From Octopus sinensis (Eukaryota), in NCBI RefSeq assembly GCF_006345805.1, contig NC_043000.1:9486001-9550000 (forward strand): DNA of 64,000 nucleotides, written 5' to 3'. The notes below the pieces were generated by a model. The model had not been told where the DNA came from, searched no databases, and saw nothing but the letters and a program-made list of their open reading frames with translations. Shown piece after piece: positions 1 through 14,800 of the stretch (its first letter is position 1; every line of letters begins with the position of its first letter). Made by a program: the position numbers and the translations under genes.

Positions 1-1235
1 GTGTGCGCATCTACGCGTGTGTGCGGGCCATACACACACACTACATATACATATATATACACACACACACACACATCATACACATACATACCACACACAC
101 ACACACACACATCACAAACACACACACCACAAACACACACACACCACACACACACACACACAACACACATACACATAATATACACACACACACAACACAC
201 ATACATACAAAACACACACACACACAATGCACACACATGATACACACACACAACACACAAATATAACATATTTATATATAATATACACACATATAACACA
301 TATACACACATATACACACATATAACACATAATATACACACATATGATGATGATGATGATAACACACACACACAACACACACACACACATAACACACACA
401 CACAACACACGCACACATACATACATAATATATATACAACACATATACACCTAACACATATATACATACAATACACATACACAGCATGTATATAATACAC
501 ATACACAATATATACATATAACATACATACACAATACATACATATAATATATATATATATAGCAATGCATATACATATATACATATATATAATGTTTACA
601 TACACATACATAAATATACCACATATACACACAATATACATACATACAATGTATATATATACATATACACATACATATAACATATATACACATAACATAC
701 ACATACACAATGCATACATATATATACATATAATGTATATACATGTATACATGCATATACAACACACATACAATATACATATATACAATGCATATATACA
801 CATACATATACACATAATGTACACATACATATACAACACACATACATATAATATATATATATAGACAATGCATATACATATATACAATGCATATATACAC
901 ATACATATATATATATATATATACATATACACACATATATATAATGCACACACACAATATACATACATATAACGTACACACACATATATATATACATACC
1001 ACACACACACACACAAACAATGCATTCACATATACACATATACAATGCATACACATACATATATATACAACACACACATATATATATAACATATATACAC
1101 ATATAAATACATACACACACACACAATGCACACACACACACACATAACGCACACACACACACACAACACACACATACAAACATAACATATATATATATAA
1201 TGCATGCGTGTGTGTGCTGCGTATTTGTGTGGTCA
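1..1235. repeat. Compound CA/TA low-complexity microsatellite region; 1-651 is the left arm of an inverted repeat with 2536-3135
   Basis: Degenerate (CA)n/(TA)n throughout. Positions 1-60 are the reverse complement of about 3078-3135, and 421-651 of about 2536-2770. Confidence 0.9.
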
Positions 1236-1351
1236 ACGTCTGCTAGTGTGCTCTATGTGTGCTGATGCGTGCATGTGTCTGCTTGCATGATACGGTGCGA
1301 GTGTGTGTGTGTGTTTGTGCGTTTGTTCTGGATGTGTGCCTGGGGGGTATG

Positions 1352-2335
1352 TTAGAGTATGTTTAGTTGTGGTCTGTATTTTTGAATAAGATTACTTTCC
1401 ATATTTATTCGTGTTTGGTCTGTGGTGTTGTCCGAGCATTGGTATAGTGGGAAGACTAAGAATTTGGGGGACTTATTGTGTGCACAAAGGTCTAATTGTC
1501 CACTTAGTAGTATCTGTCTTGTGGAGGGGTCCCTCAGTTGTTGTCGGTGAACTGTCATTCTTTCTCTGAGGGTAAGGCTCGTTTGCCCTATGTAGTCTTC
1601 GTGGCACCCTTCACACCTTATGACGTAGAGTAAATTTTTTGATGCGCACGTGAAATTATTTTTTATGATGAATGTGTGTCCCGACCGGAACTTGTACGTC
1701 GATCCCTCAATGAGGTGGATGCAAGTCCTGCAGTTGGGGCGACCACATTTTTTGATGGTGGGCGGTGGGTTTGTGTTGTGTAATTTTGCATTGGTGAGGA
1801 GGTTTTTTAGGGATTTAGGTTGTCTCTTACTTTTTATTATTTTATGAGCTGCCAGTAATTTTTTCAGGCGTGGGTCTTGATTTAGCTGTGGAATGTTGTT
1901 GTATATAATAGTGTAAGCTTCTGCATTCCTTGGGTTGTGTGTTGAGAGATAGGGGCGGCCATTTACTGTACTGTGGATGTGTTTAGGTTTTTGTAAGTCT
2001 TGAGTGTTAATTGATTTGGCCCATTCTATTCCGTTGTCTACTAGTGATGCCGGGTAATGTCTTTCGAGAAGAATTGCCCTTAGTTCCCGGAGTCTTCTAT
2101 TTCATGTTGTGTCATTTGAGACAATTGTGCAGATTCTTCTCGCTAGGTTGAAGGGGATATTTGTCTTTGTGTGTTTTGGGTGATTGGAGGTGAATAGAAG
2201 GTATTGTTTAGAGTCAGTGGGTTTGTAATGGATGTCAGTTTCAATGTTGACGCCTTTTTCAATGATTAGAATGTCAAGAAAAGGGAGTTGGTCCTGACTA
2301 TATTCCATTGTGAATTGAATGTGGTTATTTACACT
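1352..2335 (-). mobile_element. Penelope-like retroelement fragment (RT thumb, linker, GIY-YIG endonuclease), degenerate
   Basis: The - strand reads HIQFTMEYSQDQLPFLDILI..TDIHYKPTDSKQYL..SNHPKHTKTNIPFNLARRICTIVS (RT thumb). It then reads KKCGRPNCRTC..IKNNFTCASKNLLYV.RCEGCHEDYIGQT and RMTVHRQQLR..RINMESNLIQKYRPQLN (GIY-YIG). There is an in-frame stop at about 2102. Confidence 0.9.
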
Positions 2336-2346
2336 GTTGATAAGGT

Positions 2347-2536
2347 ACCCACCGCCCACCATCAAAAAATGTGGTCGCCCCAATTGCAGGACTTGCATCC
2401 ACCTCATTGAGGGATTGACGTACAAGTTCCACTCGGGACACACATTCATCATAAAAAATAATTTCACGTGCGCATCAAAAAATTTACTCTACGTCATGAG
2501 GTGTGAAGGGTGCCACGAAGACTACATAGGGCAAAC
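2347..2536 (+). mobile_element. Inverted partial duplicate of the Penelope GIY-YIG N-terminal region
   Basis: Near-identical reverse complement of 1581-1770. Translates as PPPTIKKCGRPNCRTCIHLIEG..YVMRCEGCHEDYIGQT. Confidence 0.9.
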
Positions 2537-3135
2537 ATTGTATGTATGTATATTGTGTGTATATGTGGTATATTTATGTATGTGTATGTAAACATTATAT
2601 ATATGCATATATGTATATGCATTGCCTATATATATATATTATATGTATGTATTGTGTATGTATGTTATATGTATATATTGTGTATGTGTATTATATATAT
2701 GCTGTGTATGTGTATTGTATGTATATATGTGTTAGGTGTATATGTGTTGTATATATATTATGTATGTATGTTTGCGTGTGTTGTGTGTGTGTGTGTTATG
2801 TGTGTGTGTTGTGTGTGTGTGTGTTATATGTGTGTATATTATATATAAATATATGTTATATTTGTGTGTTGTGTGTGTGTATTATATGTGTGTGCATTGT
2901 GTGTGTGTGTGTGTTTTGTATGTATGTGTGTTGTGTGTGTGTGTGTGTATTGTGTGTGTGTATATTATGTGTGTATGTGTGTTTGTGTGTGTGTGGTGTG
3001 TGTGTGTCTGTTGTGTGTGATGTGTGTGTATGTGTGTGGTATGTATGTGTATGATGTGTGTGTGTGTGTGTGTGTTTATATATATGTATATGTAGTGTGT
3101 GTGTATGGCCCGCACACACGCGTAGATGCGCACAC
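2536..3135. repeat. Right arm of the large inverted repeat (low-complexity GT/TA)
   Basis: Reverse complement of 1-651, including unique anchors such as ctaacacatat/atatgtgttag and gcgcatctacg/cgtagatgcgc. Confidence 0.85.
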
Positions 3136-4178
3136 GGGCGGGCACACATATACACGCACCATCCTACCCCCAAAAATTCTTTAAACAACACACATCCATT
3201 TACACCACCCTGGAACCAATCAAAAACACACACAGACACATGTATGCGTGTATGTGCACGCACACAGGGACACATACACTCACACCAATCTCACCTCCAT
3301 ACGGGCACATATATACACACGCAGCACCATGTCAAATGTCATCCACACACATACGTGCGTACACACGCACACACACACACAACACCATGACAACCACACC
3401 CGCGGTTGACAAACAGACACCATCCGACCAAATACTACAGACACACAGACACATCTATTCACACCACATGTATATTTATGCACACACACATACACACAGA
3501 GACACACATACTCACCTTATCCTAACCCCAAAATCATTGATGCTTGAAGGAGAGCCAAAAAAAGAAAAAAAGGGTACATTCTTTTCAATTCCACATTTCT
3601 CCTAAAACGGACAGGTTAGTGACAACTTCACCACTACAATAATGTAAATCTTTTTGAACTCATAATATTCTGTATGTGTATACTGAACTTTTTTTAATAA
3701 TTCCTCCTGGAAATTACCCTGAGATGTATAATATATTTGTTTTAATCTTTTCTGCCCATTATTTCAATGAGCTTGTTAAACTTTTTTATATTCTCAACAT
3801 ACTGTTGTCACCAAAGACTGTATATTTATATGGATTATAGTACTCTGTGTCAACCAATATTCTGTGCATGTTTGAATATACAGATACAGTACCAATATCA
3901 ATTACTTCTGGAAACTATCTTAAGTATGTCCTTGAGAACGATTATTTATGTAATCTTTTTTGCCCAATATTTTAAGGAACTTGTTGAACTTTTTTATGTC
4001 CTTAACATGTCCCTTTTACCAAAGATTGTATATATATATATGTAATGTAGCAATTTGCAACAACCAATAATTAACGCAACCAAACTTCCACCTGTTACTT
4101 TTGACAATCTTTTTCCAAAGAGTGAAACCGGTAAAGTAAATAAACATCTTTTAAATTGCATTTTCAAACCTTCTTTCG

Positions 4179-4214
<36 letters not shown>

Positions 4215-4424
4215 ATCGGCTTCTTTCAGTTTCTGTCTACCAAATCTACTCACAAGGCTTTGGTCTACCCAAAGCTATAGTAGAAGACATCTGTAGAAGG
4301 TGTCACACAGTAGGATTGAACCCAAACACATGCAGTTGGGAAGCAAGCTTCTTACCACACAGCTGTGCCTGCTCCTATATGTATATGTATCAACAGCAAT
4401 ATAAAAATAAAATCAAATGGAAAT

Positions 4425-4744
4425 TGTAGTTGTGACCCCCATGCCAGTAGCACATAAAAAGCACCATCCGAACGTGGCCGTTGCTAGTGCTGCTTTGACA
4501 GGCTTCCATGCCAGTGGCACGTAAAAAGCACCATCTGATTGCAGTCAATGCCAGCTCCTCTGGCCTCTGTGCTGGTGGCATGTAAAAAACACCCACTACA
4601 CTCTCGGAGTGATTGGCGTTAGGAAGAGCATCCAGCTGTATAAAAACATAGCCAGATCAAATTGGGGCCTGGTGCAGCCTCCTGGCTTCCCAGACCCCAG
4701 TCGAACCGTCCAATCCATGCCAGCATGGAAAACAGACGTTAAAC

Positions 4745-4775
<31 letters not shown>
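4425..4775 (+). mobile_element. RTE-LINE 3'UTR-derived repeat with (GAT)n tail (family B)
   Basis: aggaagagcatccagctgta..gaaccgtccaatccatgccagcatggaaaacagacgttaaacgatgatgat. Same family as 53510-54228, where it follows an RTE ORF end. Confidence 0.75.
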
Positions 4776-4777
<2 letters not shown>

Positions 4778-5106
4778 GCTATATATTTATTATGCATGTG
4801 TATATATGTATGTAAATATAAACACATTTATATATGTATATACATAACAATTGAGAGAGAGAGAGAGAAACTGGAATTTATGATCTCATGAATTCCATTT
4901 TCTCTTCCTCTCATTGGTATATACTCAACAGACACTGAGGAATTCCTGGGGGTAGATCCAGTGGCATTTATATCCATATGGCTGATGACATCAAGTAACC
5001 ATAGACAGTGAAAGTGCTTTAATTGGTATACGACCAAGTGAATAACTAAGTTTTAAATAATTACTTATGTATATACATATAGATATGGATGCATATATAT
5101 ATATGC

Positions 5107-5312
5107 TCTGTCTGGCACCTGTGCGGGTGGCACGTAAAAAGCACCCACTACACTCACGGAGTGGTTGGCGTTAGGAAGGGCATCCAGCCGTAGAAACACT
5201 GCCAGATTTGACTGGGCCTGATGAAGCCTTCTGGCTTCACAGACCCCAGTAGAACCGTCCAACCCATGCTAGCATGGAAAGCGGACGCTAAACGATGATG
5301 ATGATGATGATG
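5107..5312 (+). mobile_element. Family B RTE 3'-end repeat
   Basis: ggttggcgttaggaagggcatccagccgtagaaac..gcatggaaagcggacgctaaacgatgatg. Confidence 0.75.
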
Positions 5313-5330
5313 ATATATATACATATATGT

Positions 5331-5364
<34 letters not shown>

Positions 5365-5379
5365 ATATAATATATATAT

Positions 5380-5429
<50 letters not shown>

Positions 5430-5451
5430 TATATATATATAATATATATAT

Positions 5452-5483
<32 letters not shown>

Positions 5484-5484
<1 letters not shown>

Positions 5485-5886
5485 CTCTTTTTACTCTTTT
5501 TACTCTTTTACTTGTTTCAGTCATTTGACTGCGGCCATGCTGGAGCACCGCCTTTAGTCAAGCAACTCGACCCCGGGACTTATTCTTTTGTAAGCCCAGT
5601 ACTTATTTTATCGGTCTCTTTTGCTGAACCGCTAAGTAACGAGGACATAAACACACCAGCATCGGTTGTCAAGCAATGCTAGGGGGACAAATACAGACAC
5701 ACAAACACACACGCATATATATATATACATATATACGACGGGCTTCTTTCAGTTTCCGTCTACCAAATCCACTCACAAGGCTTTGGTCGGCCCGAGGCTA
5801 TAGTAGAAGACACTTGCCCATGGTGCCACGCAGTGGGACTGAACCCGGAACCATGTGGTTGGTAGACAAGCTACTTACCACACAGA
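5484..5886 (-). mobile_element. tRNA-headed SINE (family A)
   Basis: Reverse of the head gtggtaagtagcttg..ggttccgggttcagtcccactgcgtggc, an internal microsatellite, and the tail gcggtgctccagcatggccgcagtcaaatgactgaaacaagtaaaagagt. More than 10 related copies occur in the window. Confidence 0.8.
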
Positions 5887-6574
5887 TGTATGTATGTATG
5901 TATATGTATTTTGTGTATATTTCTGTGTATCTAAATTTGTGCTCATGCATATATATATATATGTATAGAGAGAGAGAGAGAGAGAGAGAGATAGATGGAT
6001 ATCCAATTCTGTTTGTGCAGATATATATATATATATATATATTTGATGGAATCCTATCTTTACAAAGTACATATATGGTATAAAAAGCATAGCTGCTGGA
6101 TCTGTTTTGTGTTGCATGCATATGTGAATGTGAGTGTGTGCGTATATATGTCAATATGTGTGCACGTATGCATGCATGTGTACTATTTACTGTTATCCTT
6201 CTCTCTAACACTCTCTCCCTCGCTTTCCACTCTTTCCCCCCTCGTTCCTCTCTTTCCCCCCTACTTCTCTCTACTACATTCACTGAAATCCTACTGTGTG
6301 CCACATAATACAATATTGCTAATATTTTTCAAGACTCTACATTTAGATTCTTTTTAATCTATCCAGTTTCTTCATTGCCTGAAGGAAACTTTCTTATCTG
6401 ATGCCAGTCTTCATCTTGAATTAAAAAAATTAAAAATACAAACCCATTTTTTTCTCCCATTTTTGTTCTTTTTCCTATTTAATTTTTTTTTACCATTATT
6501 ATTGTTGTTGCACCATTTGTTCTTTTATTTTCATGCATTATTTCTTTGTTTACTTTTATTTTCACTAACTATTG

Positions 6575-6743
6575 TAGTAGTAGTAGTAGTAGTAGTAGTA
6601 TTGTTGTTGTTGTTATTGCTGCTGCCATTGTGTGGATTTGGTGAACTGTGTGAATATGGTTGCCTGTTGAAGTTCTCCCTATCACCATCACCATCATCAT
6701 CATAATCATCATCATCATCGTCAATATAATCTTTATTACCATC

Positions 6744-6777
<34 letters not shown>

Positions 6778-6847
6778 TTATCATCACCAATATCATCATA
6801 ATCGTAATTATCATCCTCACCTTTAATTTTATTATTATTGTTGCTGT

Positions 6848-6880
<33 letters not shown>

Positions 6881-6881
6881 T

Positions 6882-6913
<32 letters not shown>

Positions 6914-7010
6914 CATTGTTATTGTTGTTGTTGTTGTTGTTGTTGTTATAATTATTACTTTTTTTAGCATCAATGTTACTGTTATTATTATCATCATTGT
7001 TGCCATTTTT
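6575..7010. repeat. Compound trinucleotide microsatellite (GTA/TTG/CAT/CAC/ATT)
   Basis: Directly visible; it explains the poly-I/M/V ORFs. Confidence 0.9.
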
Positions 7011-8100
7011 ATTACATTACCTGTTTAATTGTGTTTAAAAGCAACATCTTTATAGACTACAGGGTGACAGGTGGTACATCCCATACCACTTCCCCACTGA
7101 TTTTGCAATGATGTGTGAAACGGCTGTTGACTTTTAATCTTCAAAGTAAAAATAACCCCAGCTTAAAAGCTATCATTAATGCAGGACAATGAAAATACCT
7201 TGCACTTTAGTCACTACAAAGTGCTATGCATCTACTTAAATATGTAGGTACCAGTTTAGGGATAAGTAAACAAACGCGTGTGCATGTGTGTGCATGTGCA
7301 TGTGTCCACACATATGCATATACATAGAAATGCATTTATACATATATGTATACATCATGCCTACGTATATACACACACACTTGTGTGTCATGAAAGGTGA
7401 ATAAAAGAAGTGTCATCAGGGAAAACTTCCAGATGTAAGACACTGTCTCAAAACATCCCAACCCATGCATAGCAGCATAGGCATGCAGATATAACATTCA
7501 TGATTATAGTGATGATGATGGTAACGGTGGTGCTGGTGCTGGTGATGGTGATGGTGCAGCTGATGATGATGACAAAGACTGTTCGATATAAATCTATATC
7601 TATAGGGAAGTTTTGTCTAGTGAATGCTTCAAAAAAAGATGGGTGAATGTATCAAGGATGGCACGTGTGAATGACAGAGCCAGCTTGAGCATAATCCTAT
7701 GAACAAAAAGAGAAAAAAAAGAAAAACGAAAGGAAAAAAGAGACCCACTTACTGTAATATACTTTCTTTTTGCATGACACTATTGCCCAAGGTTCCCGTG
7801 GTCTTTTCCATAGGCTTTTCTATCCACGGACATACCTAATCTGTTTTCTCTTTTTACATTGACATTTCTGTGATACACAATCCCTATTGATTGGCCCCAC
7901 TTTTTTTTTTCCACGATCCCTTTTGATTGGAATTCGCCCCCATTTTTTCCTTTTTTTTCCCCTTCTCTTCTTCCCAAAAAGAAAAGCTCTACTTTGTATT
8001 TTGTCTCTTTTGTGTTTAACCCTGCATGGCCAATAAAGAAATCTATCTATCTATCTATATGTATATATATATATTTGTATGTTTATCTGTCTGTCTATCA

Positions 8101-8149
<49 letters not shown>

Positions 8150-8733
8150 CAAACACACACACACACACACAAAATATCGTGGGTACTGAAATACATCCAG
8201 TGAAAAATTCAGGTTACGTATAAAGAGAATTTAACCCTTATGAGTATCTTAATAGCCTATGACCTAATCCAAAAATGCCCATGATATATATTTATCAGTG
8301 GCATATGGTGGTTGTTATATTGGGTGTGCTGCCACACCCAATGCCACCAACTTTCAAGCAGGGTTATAACAAATGTTTTCCATTAAGATTTCTGATTAAA
8401 TTAATGAGTAAGATTAATATTTATAACGAATTTGCTGTTTTTGATGGGTGTGCAGCGCATACCTAGCACACCTGGAATATACACCCCTGGTTAATAAACA
8501 CCTTCCCCAGTGCCTACTGCCTCTTTGATATCTTCACACTTTTCCACCATCTTTTCTCCTCTCCACTGCACCATGTTTCTTACCCACTTATCTCCCCATT
8601 TCTGTTCATCATACCAGGCGTCCATACCCCAACACTACTACTGTATACTGGCATCCTGTTGATTAAGACGATGAGTGTTCCAGTCGATTCAATCAACAGA
8701 ACAGCCTGCTCATGAAATTAATATGCAATTGAT

Positions 8734-9130
8734 AGGCACAGGAGTGGCTGTGTGGTAAGTAGCTTGCTTACCAACCACATGGTTCTGGGTTCAGTCCCAC
8801 TGCATAGCACCTTGGGCAAGTGTCTTTAACTATAGCCTTGAGCTGACCAAAGCCTTGTGAGTGGATTTGGTAGACGGAAACTGAAAGAAGCCCATCATAT
8901 ATATGTATATATGTGTGTGTGTGTGTATGTTTGTGTGTCTGTGTTTGTCCCCCTAGCATTGCTTGACAACCGATGTTGGTGTGTTTATATCCCTGTAATG
9001 TAGCAGTTCGGCAAAAGATACCGATAGAATAAGTACTGGGCTTACAAAGAATAAGTCCTGGGGTCGATTTTCTCAACTGAAGGCAGTGCTCCAGCATGGC
9101 TGCAGTCAAATGACTGAAACTAGTAAAGAG
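8734..9130 (+). mobile_element. SINE family A
   Basis: aggcacaggagtggctgtgtggtaagtagcttgc..aggcagtgctccagcatggctgcagtcaaatgactgaaac. Confidence 0.8.
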
Positions 9131-9380
9131 TTAGTGGGTGAGCACTTTTCAAACAAGCATACCCTTAATGTAGTTCTTAGGGAGATTCAGCTTGACACAG
9201 AATGTGATAAGGCTGGCCCTTTGAAATACAAGTACATCTCATTTTTGCCAGCAGAGTGGACTTGAACAATGGGAAATAAAATGTTTTGCTTGAGGACACA
9301 CTGCATTACTGGGAATCGAACTCATGACCTTACAACTGTAGCTGAATACCCTAATGACTAAGCCAGGCACATTCACACTA
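9131..9380 (-). mobile_element. Another tRNA-headed SINE (family D)
   Basis: gggaatcgaactcatgacc..ccctaatgactaagcc is the reverse of tRNA A/B-box-like motifs. Related copies at about 26433-26580 (+) and 52850-53125 (-). Confidence 0.6.
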
Positions 9381-9409
9381 CTGTGTAAGGATATGTGCAT
9401 GTCATGCAG

Positions 9410-11105
9410 ATGTCATCTATCTTGACATTTGCAAGGCCTTTAACAAGGTTCACCACAACATTGTATTAAAGAAACTAACATAGGGCTTCAAAGGAAATTA
9501 TTAAAGTGGATTCCAAGTTTTGTGGTGAACTGAATCCAGCATGTGGTGATAGATGGTGTTTGATCAAGCTCAGCAAGAGTTATCTGTTGAGTCCCACAAG
9601 GCACTGTATTGGGCTCACTCTTTTTCATTACTTACATCAATGACATCATTAACATCATCAAACATAACAGTATTAAAATATTTGTGAATGACTCTAAGCT
9701 TCTGACGGTCATTGACAGGGTAGATAATGGGACTAATCTCCAATCAGATCTGCTTGCTGTTATCCAAAAAATCCAATATGCAGCTAAACAAGAATAAATT
9801 CGAAGTAATCTACTTCAGTAAAGAGACTGCACTTAAATTACCATGCACGCTTCCCTTGAGTGAAAACCTCATGGCATCAAACACCTGGGAGTAATTGTTG
9901 ACAACTTGAGCTGGAGTGCCTACATAAACAACAAAGTTGAGATGATTTACACCACGTGCTCCTTGATCCTCAGGACTTTTCAGTCAAGAGATGTTCCTAT
10001 CATTATCCTTCTCTTCTCCACCAACAGTATTCAAGGTGACTTCATAAAGGCATTTGATAAGGTAGATCATAGCATGATAAGTCATAAGCTATGAGACCTT
10101 GGCATTGCTGGTAAACTGAGAGAGTAGCTGCATGACTTCCTTAAAAACAGAAGTCAGGTAGTAGCAGCCAATGGTGCCCTTTCTGAAGAAACTTAAATCC
10201 TAAGTGGTGTCCCCCAGGGAACTGTTCTGGGGCCATTACTGTTCATAATAGCCCTCTTAGACATGACCACTGTCACTCAGACAGCCACTATTACTAGCTA
10301 TGCCAAAGATACAAAATTATCACAGGCAATAAAAAAGCCAGGATAACGTCACAAGCTTACAACAGGACCTAAATTCAATATACTAGTTTAATGCTGAAAA
10401 ATTTCAAGCACTGCACTATCAACTCACGAATACAGTGCAATCTACATATATAGGACCGAAAGGCACTACAGTCCCAGAGTCACAGGCAGTGAAAGACTTG
10501 GGGATCATTTTATATGCACATAAGCAAGATGGCAGCAAAGTGTAGACAACTAGCAGGGTGGATACTGAGATCCTTCAAGACAAGAGACTAAGAAACTATG
10601 TTGGTCTTGTGGAGAACCTTTATTCTCAGCTGCCTGGACTACTGCTCCCACTTATGTTCACCACATAGTGCCAAACTAATAGTGGAGCTTGAAGCAGTCC
10701 AACGCCACTACACTAAAAAGATTGAAACAGGGCAGCAGATGAGCTACAGGGATAGGCTGAGAAAGAAAACTACAGCTTTACTCACTGAAGTGAAGGTGTG
10801 AGAGATATGCAATAATATACATATGGAAAATCCTAGAAGGGCTACTACCTAACTTTGGCATTGAGTATTATACATATGCCAGAACTGGCTGCTATTGTAT
10901 TGTACCAAAGGACCATCCATGCCATCTTAATGCCGGACCAGATACTGCAATAATCATGGGTTCAAAGGCCCACAGCACTTCAATGTGCTGCCACAAGGGT
11001 TAAGAAATTTACAGATGGTGGAACTAGACATCCTCTTCTCCACAATACTGGATGGACCAACAGCCCAACATGAGATACAGACGAGGGCAGTGGAATCAAA
11101 CTCCC
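9410..11105 (+). pseudogene. Two juxtaposed degenerate LINE reverse-transcriptase fragments (CR1/Jockey-like)
   Basis: KAFNKVPH..VPQGTVLGSLFFITYINDI..IFVNDSKL at about 9430-9700. DFIKAFDKVDH..SGVPQGTVLGPLLF..LDYCS..LEAVQRHYTKKI at about 10035-10800. Many stops and frameshifts. Confidence 0.8.
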
Positions 11106-11298
11106 TTATACACCAAATGTACCAACAGCTGGGACAAAGGTACAGGACTGCATGGCTGAAATGAGTAGAAGAGTATATATATATATATATATATATACAT
11201 TTATTATTATTTGCATGTATACATTTATATAAATGTGCGTGTGTGTGTGTGTATGTATATATGTATGTATATGTATGTATGTATATTCACATATATGC

Positions 11299-11329
<31 letters not shown>

Positions 11330-11344
11330 CATACATATATATAG

Positions 11345-11411
<67 letters not shown>

Positions 11412-11851
11412 CATATATTTATTCATATGTGTGTATGTGTGTGTGTGTGCATATTTGCATATGTGTAATATCTACATACTTGATAGCATTATTGATTTTT
11501 TTTAAAAATCTTCTGGAATGTTCCTTAAGGCAACATATATTTTCATGTGCGTGTTCTTATTCCTTTCTTATATTCAATTTTGACCTATATATGCATATGC
11601 ATTGTAAATTGTTAATAGAACTCATCCCAGTCGTCTATGAACTGTTGAAGCACAGTAAAATGGCAAATGGCTTGCATGTAGTTAGGTCAATATCTTGATT
11701 ATATGAATTAAGAATATTTGCTCCAGATTTTTAATGAAATGAGGCCTATGTTAAACTATGGTCTCTTTGATTTTTTTTGTTGACGAATTATACAGAAAGA
11801 TTTATCCATGTATGTGTGTGTGAATATGTGTGTATGCACACACACACATAT

Positions 11852-11889
<38 letters not shown>

Positions 11890-11893
11890 ATAT

Positions 11894-14800
11894 CAGGGGC
11901 GTGCACTCTCAGCAATGCAAGGTATGCGCTGCATGCCTTCTTTGTTTCAAAGAAAATACGTCCAGTTGTTTTAGAAATATTGTCTCCACTTCGTACATCT
12001 GCTTTGATAAATGCTTTTAGAAGATCGCATGATACACACTCCCTCTCTGTCTGTATTAGTTTGTCCTTCCTTCCTCTCTCTCTCTCTCTCTCTATCTTAG
12101 TGACTCGATAAATTTATCGCTTATCATGCGTTGGGAAGACAGCATGAGTCCCTTCTCTCTGTCTTTGATAGTTTGTCCCTTCTTTCTCTTTCTTTGTTTA
12201 AAAGATATACTACGAGGAATGGTCACCCCCTTCTCTCTCAGCGATTCGACAAATTCAGTTTGGCGTGTCATGCTGTGCTAAAATCGCATTTCACGCCTCT
12301 CTGGCTATTTTGACCGGAACAAAAGCCGTCCCATAATTCTTGTTTTAGCCAGCTGAAATGTTGGAATAGCCTTCGCATGTAAGTTTGAAATTTTTTATCC
12401 AAAACATCCGTTTGCACTATCATATTTTTAGAAAGTTTTGAAAGCAAAAATATCTACATTATATTTCTTATTTCAGAAATAGCTAATTAATCTTAAATTA
12501 ATTTAACAAAGGGTATTTTTCCGTTTTGTTGAAATTGACTTAAAATTTACGCCGGCGCTTCCACGTGGGTCCTTAAATAAGAGCAGCCTTTTTCAAAATG
12601 AGTGAAATGTGTGCTATAAACGATATTTTCAGAACTAGTTTTTCTAAAAGGGACTTCGATGGGAAAAAATTAATTATAAATCGCGGGAGACCAACACCGA
12701 ATTTACCTAATTTGCGAAGCTACAACAAGAAATTCACGAGACAATTTCAGGTTAATTCGTATGAAAAGAAGAAATGGTTAACTGGAAGTGTTGATCTTAA
12801 TAAATTATTCTGTTGGCCGTGTTTACTTTTTGGCTTAGAAAAAAATGTTTGGAATGATAAAGGCTATGATGATTTAAATAATTTACATATGGCTATGCTA
12901 AAGCACGAGCGTTCTCAAAGGCATATAAAATGTTTGATAGACCTTAAAATATTCGGGAATGTTCGCATAGACTTACAATTAGATGCACGTAAAAATCAAA
13001 GCATACAACAGCATAATGAGAAAGTTCGACGAAACAGATCCATTCTGCAACGATTGATCGATGTTGTTATTTTTTTAGGCCTCCAGGAATTATCGTTTCG
13101 GGGTCATTTTGAATCTGAAGGCTCTAATAATCGGGGAAATTATAAAGAACTCGTTTATTTGATCAGTAAGTATGACAAACAAATGGAAAGTCATTTAGAT
13201 ACAGCTTCTATCTTCACTGGTCTGTCGAACAGAATTCAAAATGACTTGATCGAAGCAATTCATAAAGTTATGTTGAATGAGATGCAGAAGGAAATTGACC
13301 AAGCTAAGTTTGTTTCTATTCTTGTTGATGAGACATCTGATGTCTCAGCATCTTCACAACTGTCAACAGTTTTACGTTATGTTACAGAAGACTGTGTGAC
13401 GAAAGAACGATTTATCGGTTTTAATGATGTTAGTGCAGATCGATCTGCAAATGCTTTATCTGAACATGTTTTTAAATGCATTGAGACGTGGGAATGTGGA
13501 AACAAATTGATTGCGCAGACATATGATGGTGCCGCTACAATGGCAGGACAACTAAATGGGTTACAGGCAAAAGTAAGAAAGAAATATGAATGTGCGATCT
13601 TTATTCATTGTTGTGCCCATATCCTAAATTTAGTTCTTTCACAATCATGCTCTGCTATGAAAGAATGCAAGATATTTTTTTCTACAATAAACGGACTCGG
13701 TACATTTTTTACGAAATCACCGAAAAGGACTAATGCATTAGATAATATTGTTAAAAAAAGATTTCCGAAAGCAACAGCAACTAGATGGAATTACTCCTCA
13801 CGTCTTATTATTACCACAAAGGAAAATTATAATTTCATAATCAGCCTTTTTGAACACATCATTGAAAATCCTAAAGCATGGGATGATATCACCATAAATT
13901 CAGCAATTGGATTCTTACACACTTTAAAAGCTCCTGATTTCTTATTTTTGTTAGAGGTATTCAGTGACATTTTTTCTTTTACTGACGTCTTATTTAACAT
14001 ACTCCAGAGTAAAAGTCATGACATAGTGTATTGTAAACAGCAAATAGATAAAACTAGAACTGTACTCGAAAACAAACTTGATAATTTTTCAGTCTTTTAT
14101 GATAGGTTAGGGGAAAAATATGGAGTCGATGCAGGAATAGGAATTCAGAGATCCAAGAATATATCTATTGATCCCCAACGACATTATAGAATGCTTTATA
14201 ACAAAATTATAAGTACAATAGTTGACCAAATAAAAGCACGATATTCATCCTTAGAAGAGTTTAAATTCATGGAACTTTTGAATTTTAACAAAGTTGATGA
14301 GTATTGCAAACAATTTCCTGTGGACTCTTTAGATTCTTTAAGAACAACTTATGGCAGATTTTTTGATGTAATACGATTACAAAGTGAGCTCAATGTGATG
14401 TATTCAATGAAAGATTTTAAAAAACCAAGTGTAAGTCATTTAATGAGTTACATTAACAGCACTGATCTTGTTGAAGCTATGCCAGAACTCTTCAATCTGT
14501 GCAAGTTGATTTTGACAATTCCGTCTACCACTGCTTCTGTAGAGCGATCCTTTTCTGCATTAAGTAGAATTAAAACATACCAAAGAAATGCGACAGGAGA
14601 AAGAAGACTGTCTGGGTTAGCACTAATGTCAATTGAAAAAGATTTATTACAAGAATTGATGAAAAGAGAAGATTTCTATGAAAATGTGATAGATATATTT
14701 GCCCAGAAAGATCGAAGAATTGAATTAATTTATAAATGAGCTAAGTAACATTTTAAAACATTAAAAAAAAATATATTAAAGAGCATATATTACAGGTTTT

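Noticed and set aside
1-1236. Many 60-260 aa ORFs rich in H/T/Y/I or C/V/M here and throughout the window
   Set aside because: They are translations of CA/TA and other microsatellites in several overlapping frames, with no protein-like composition.
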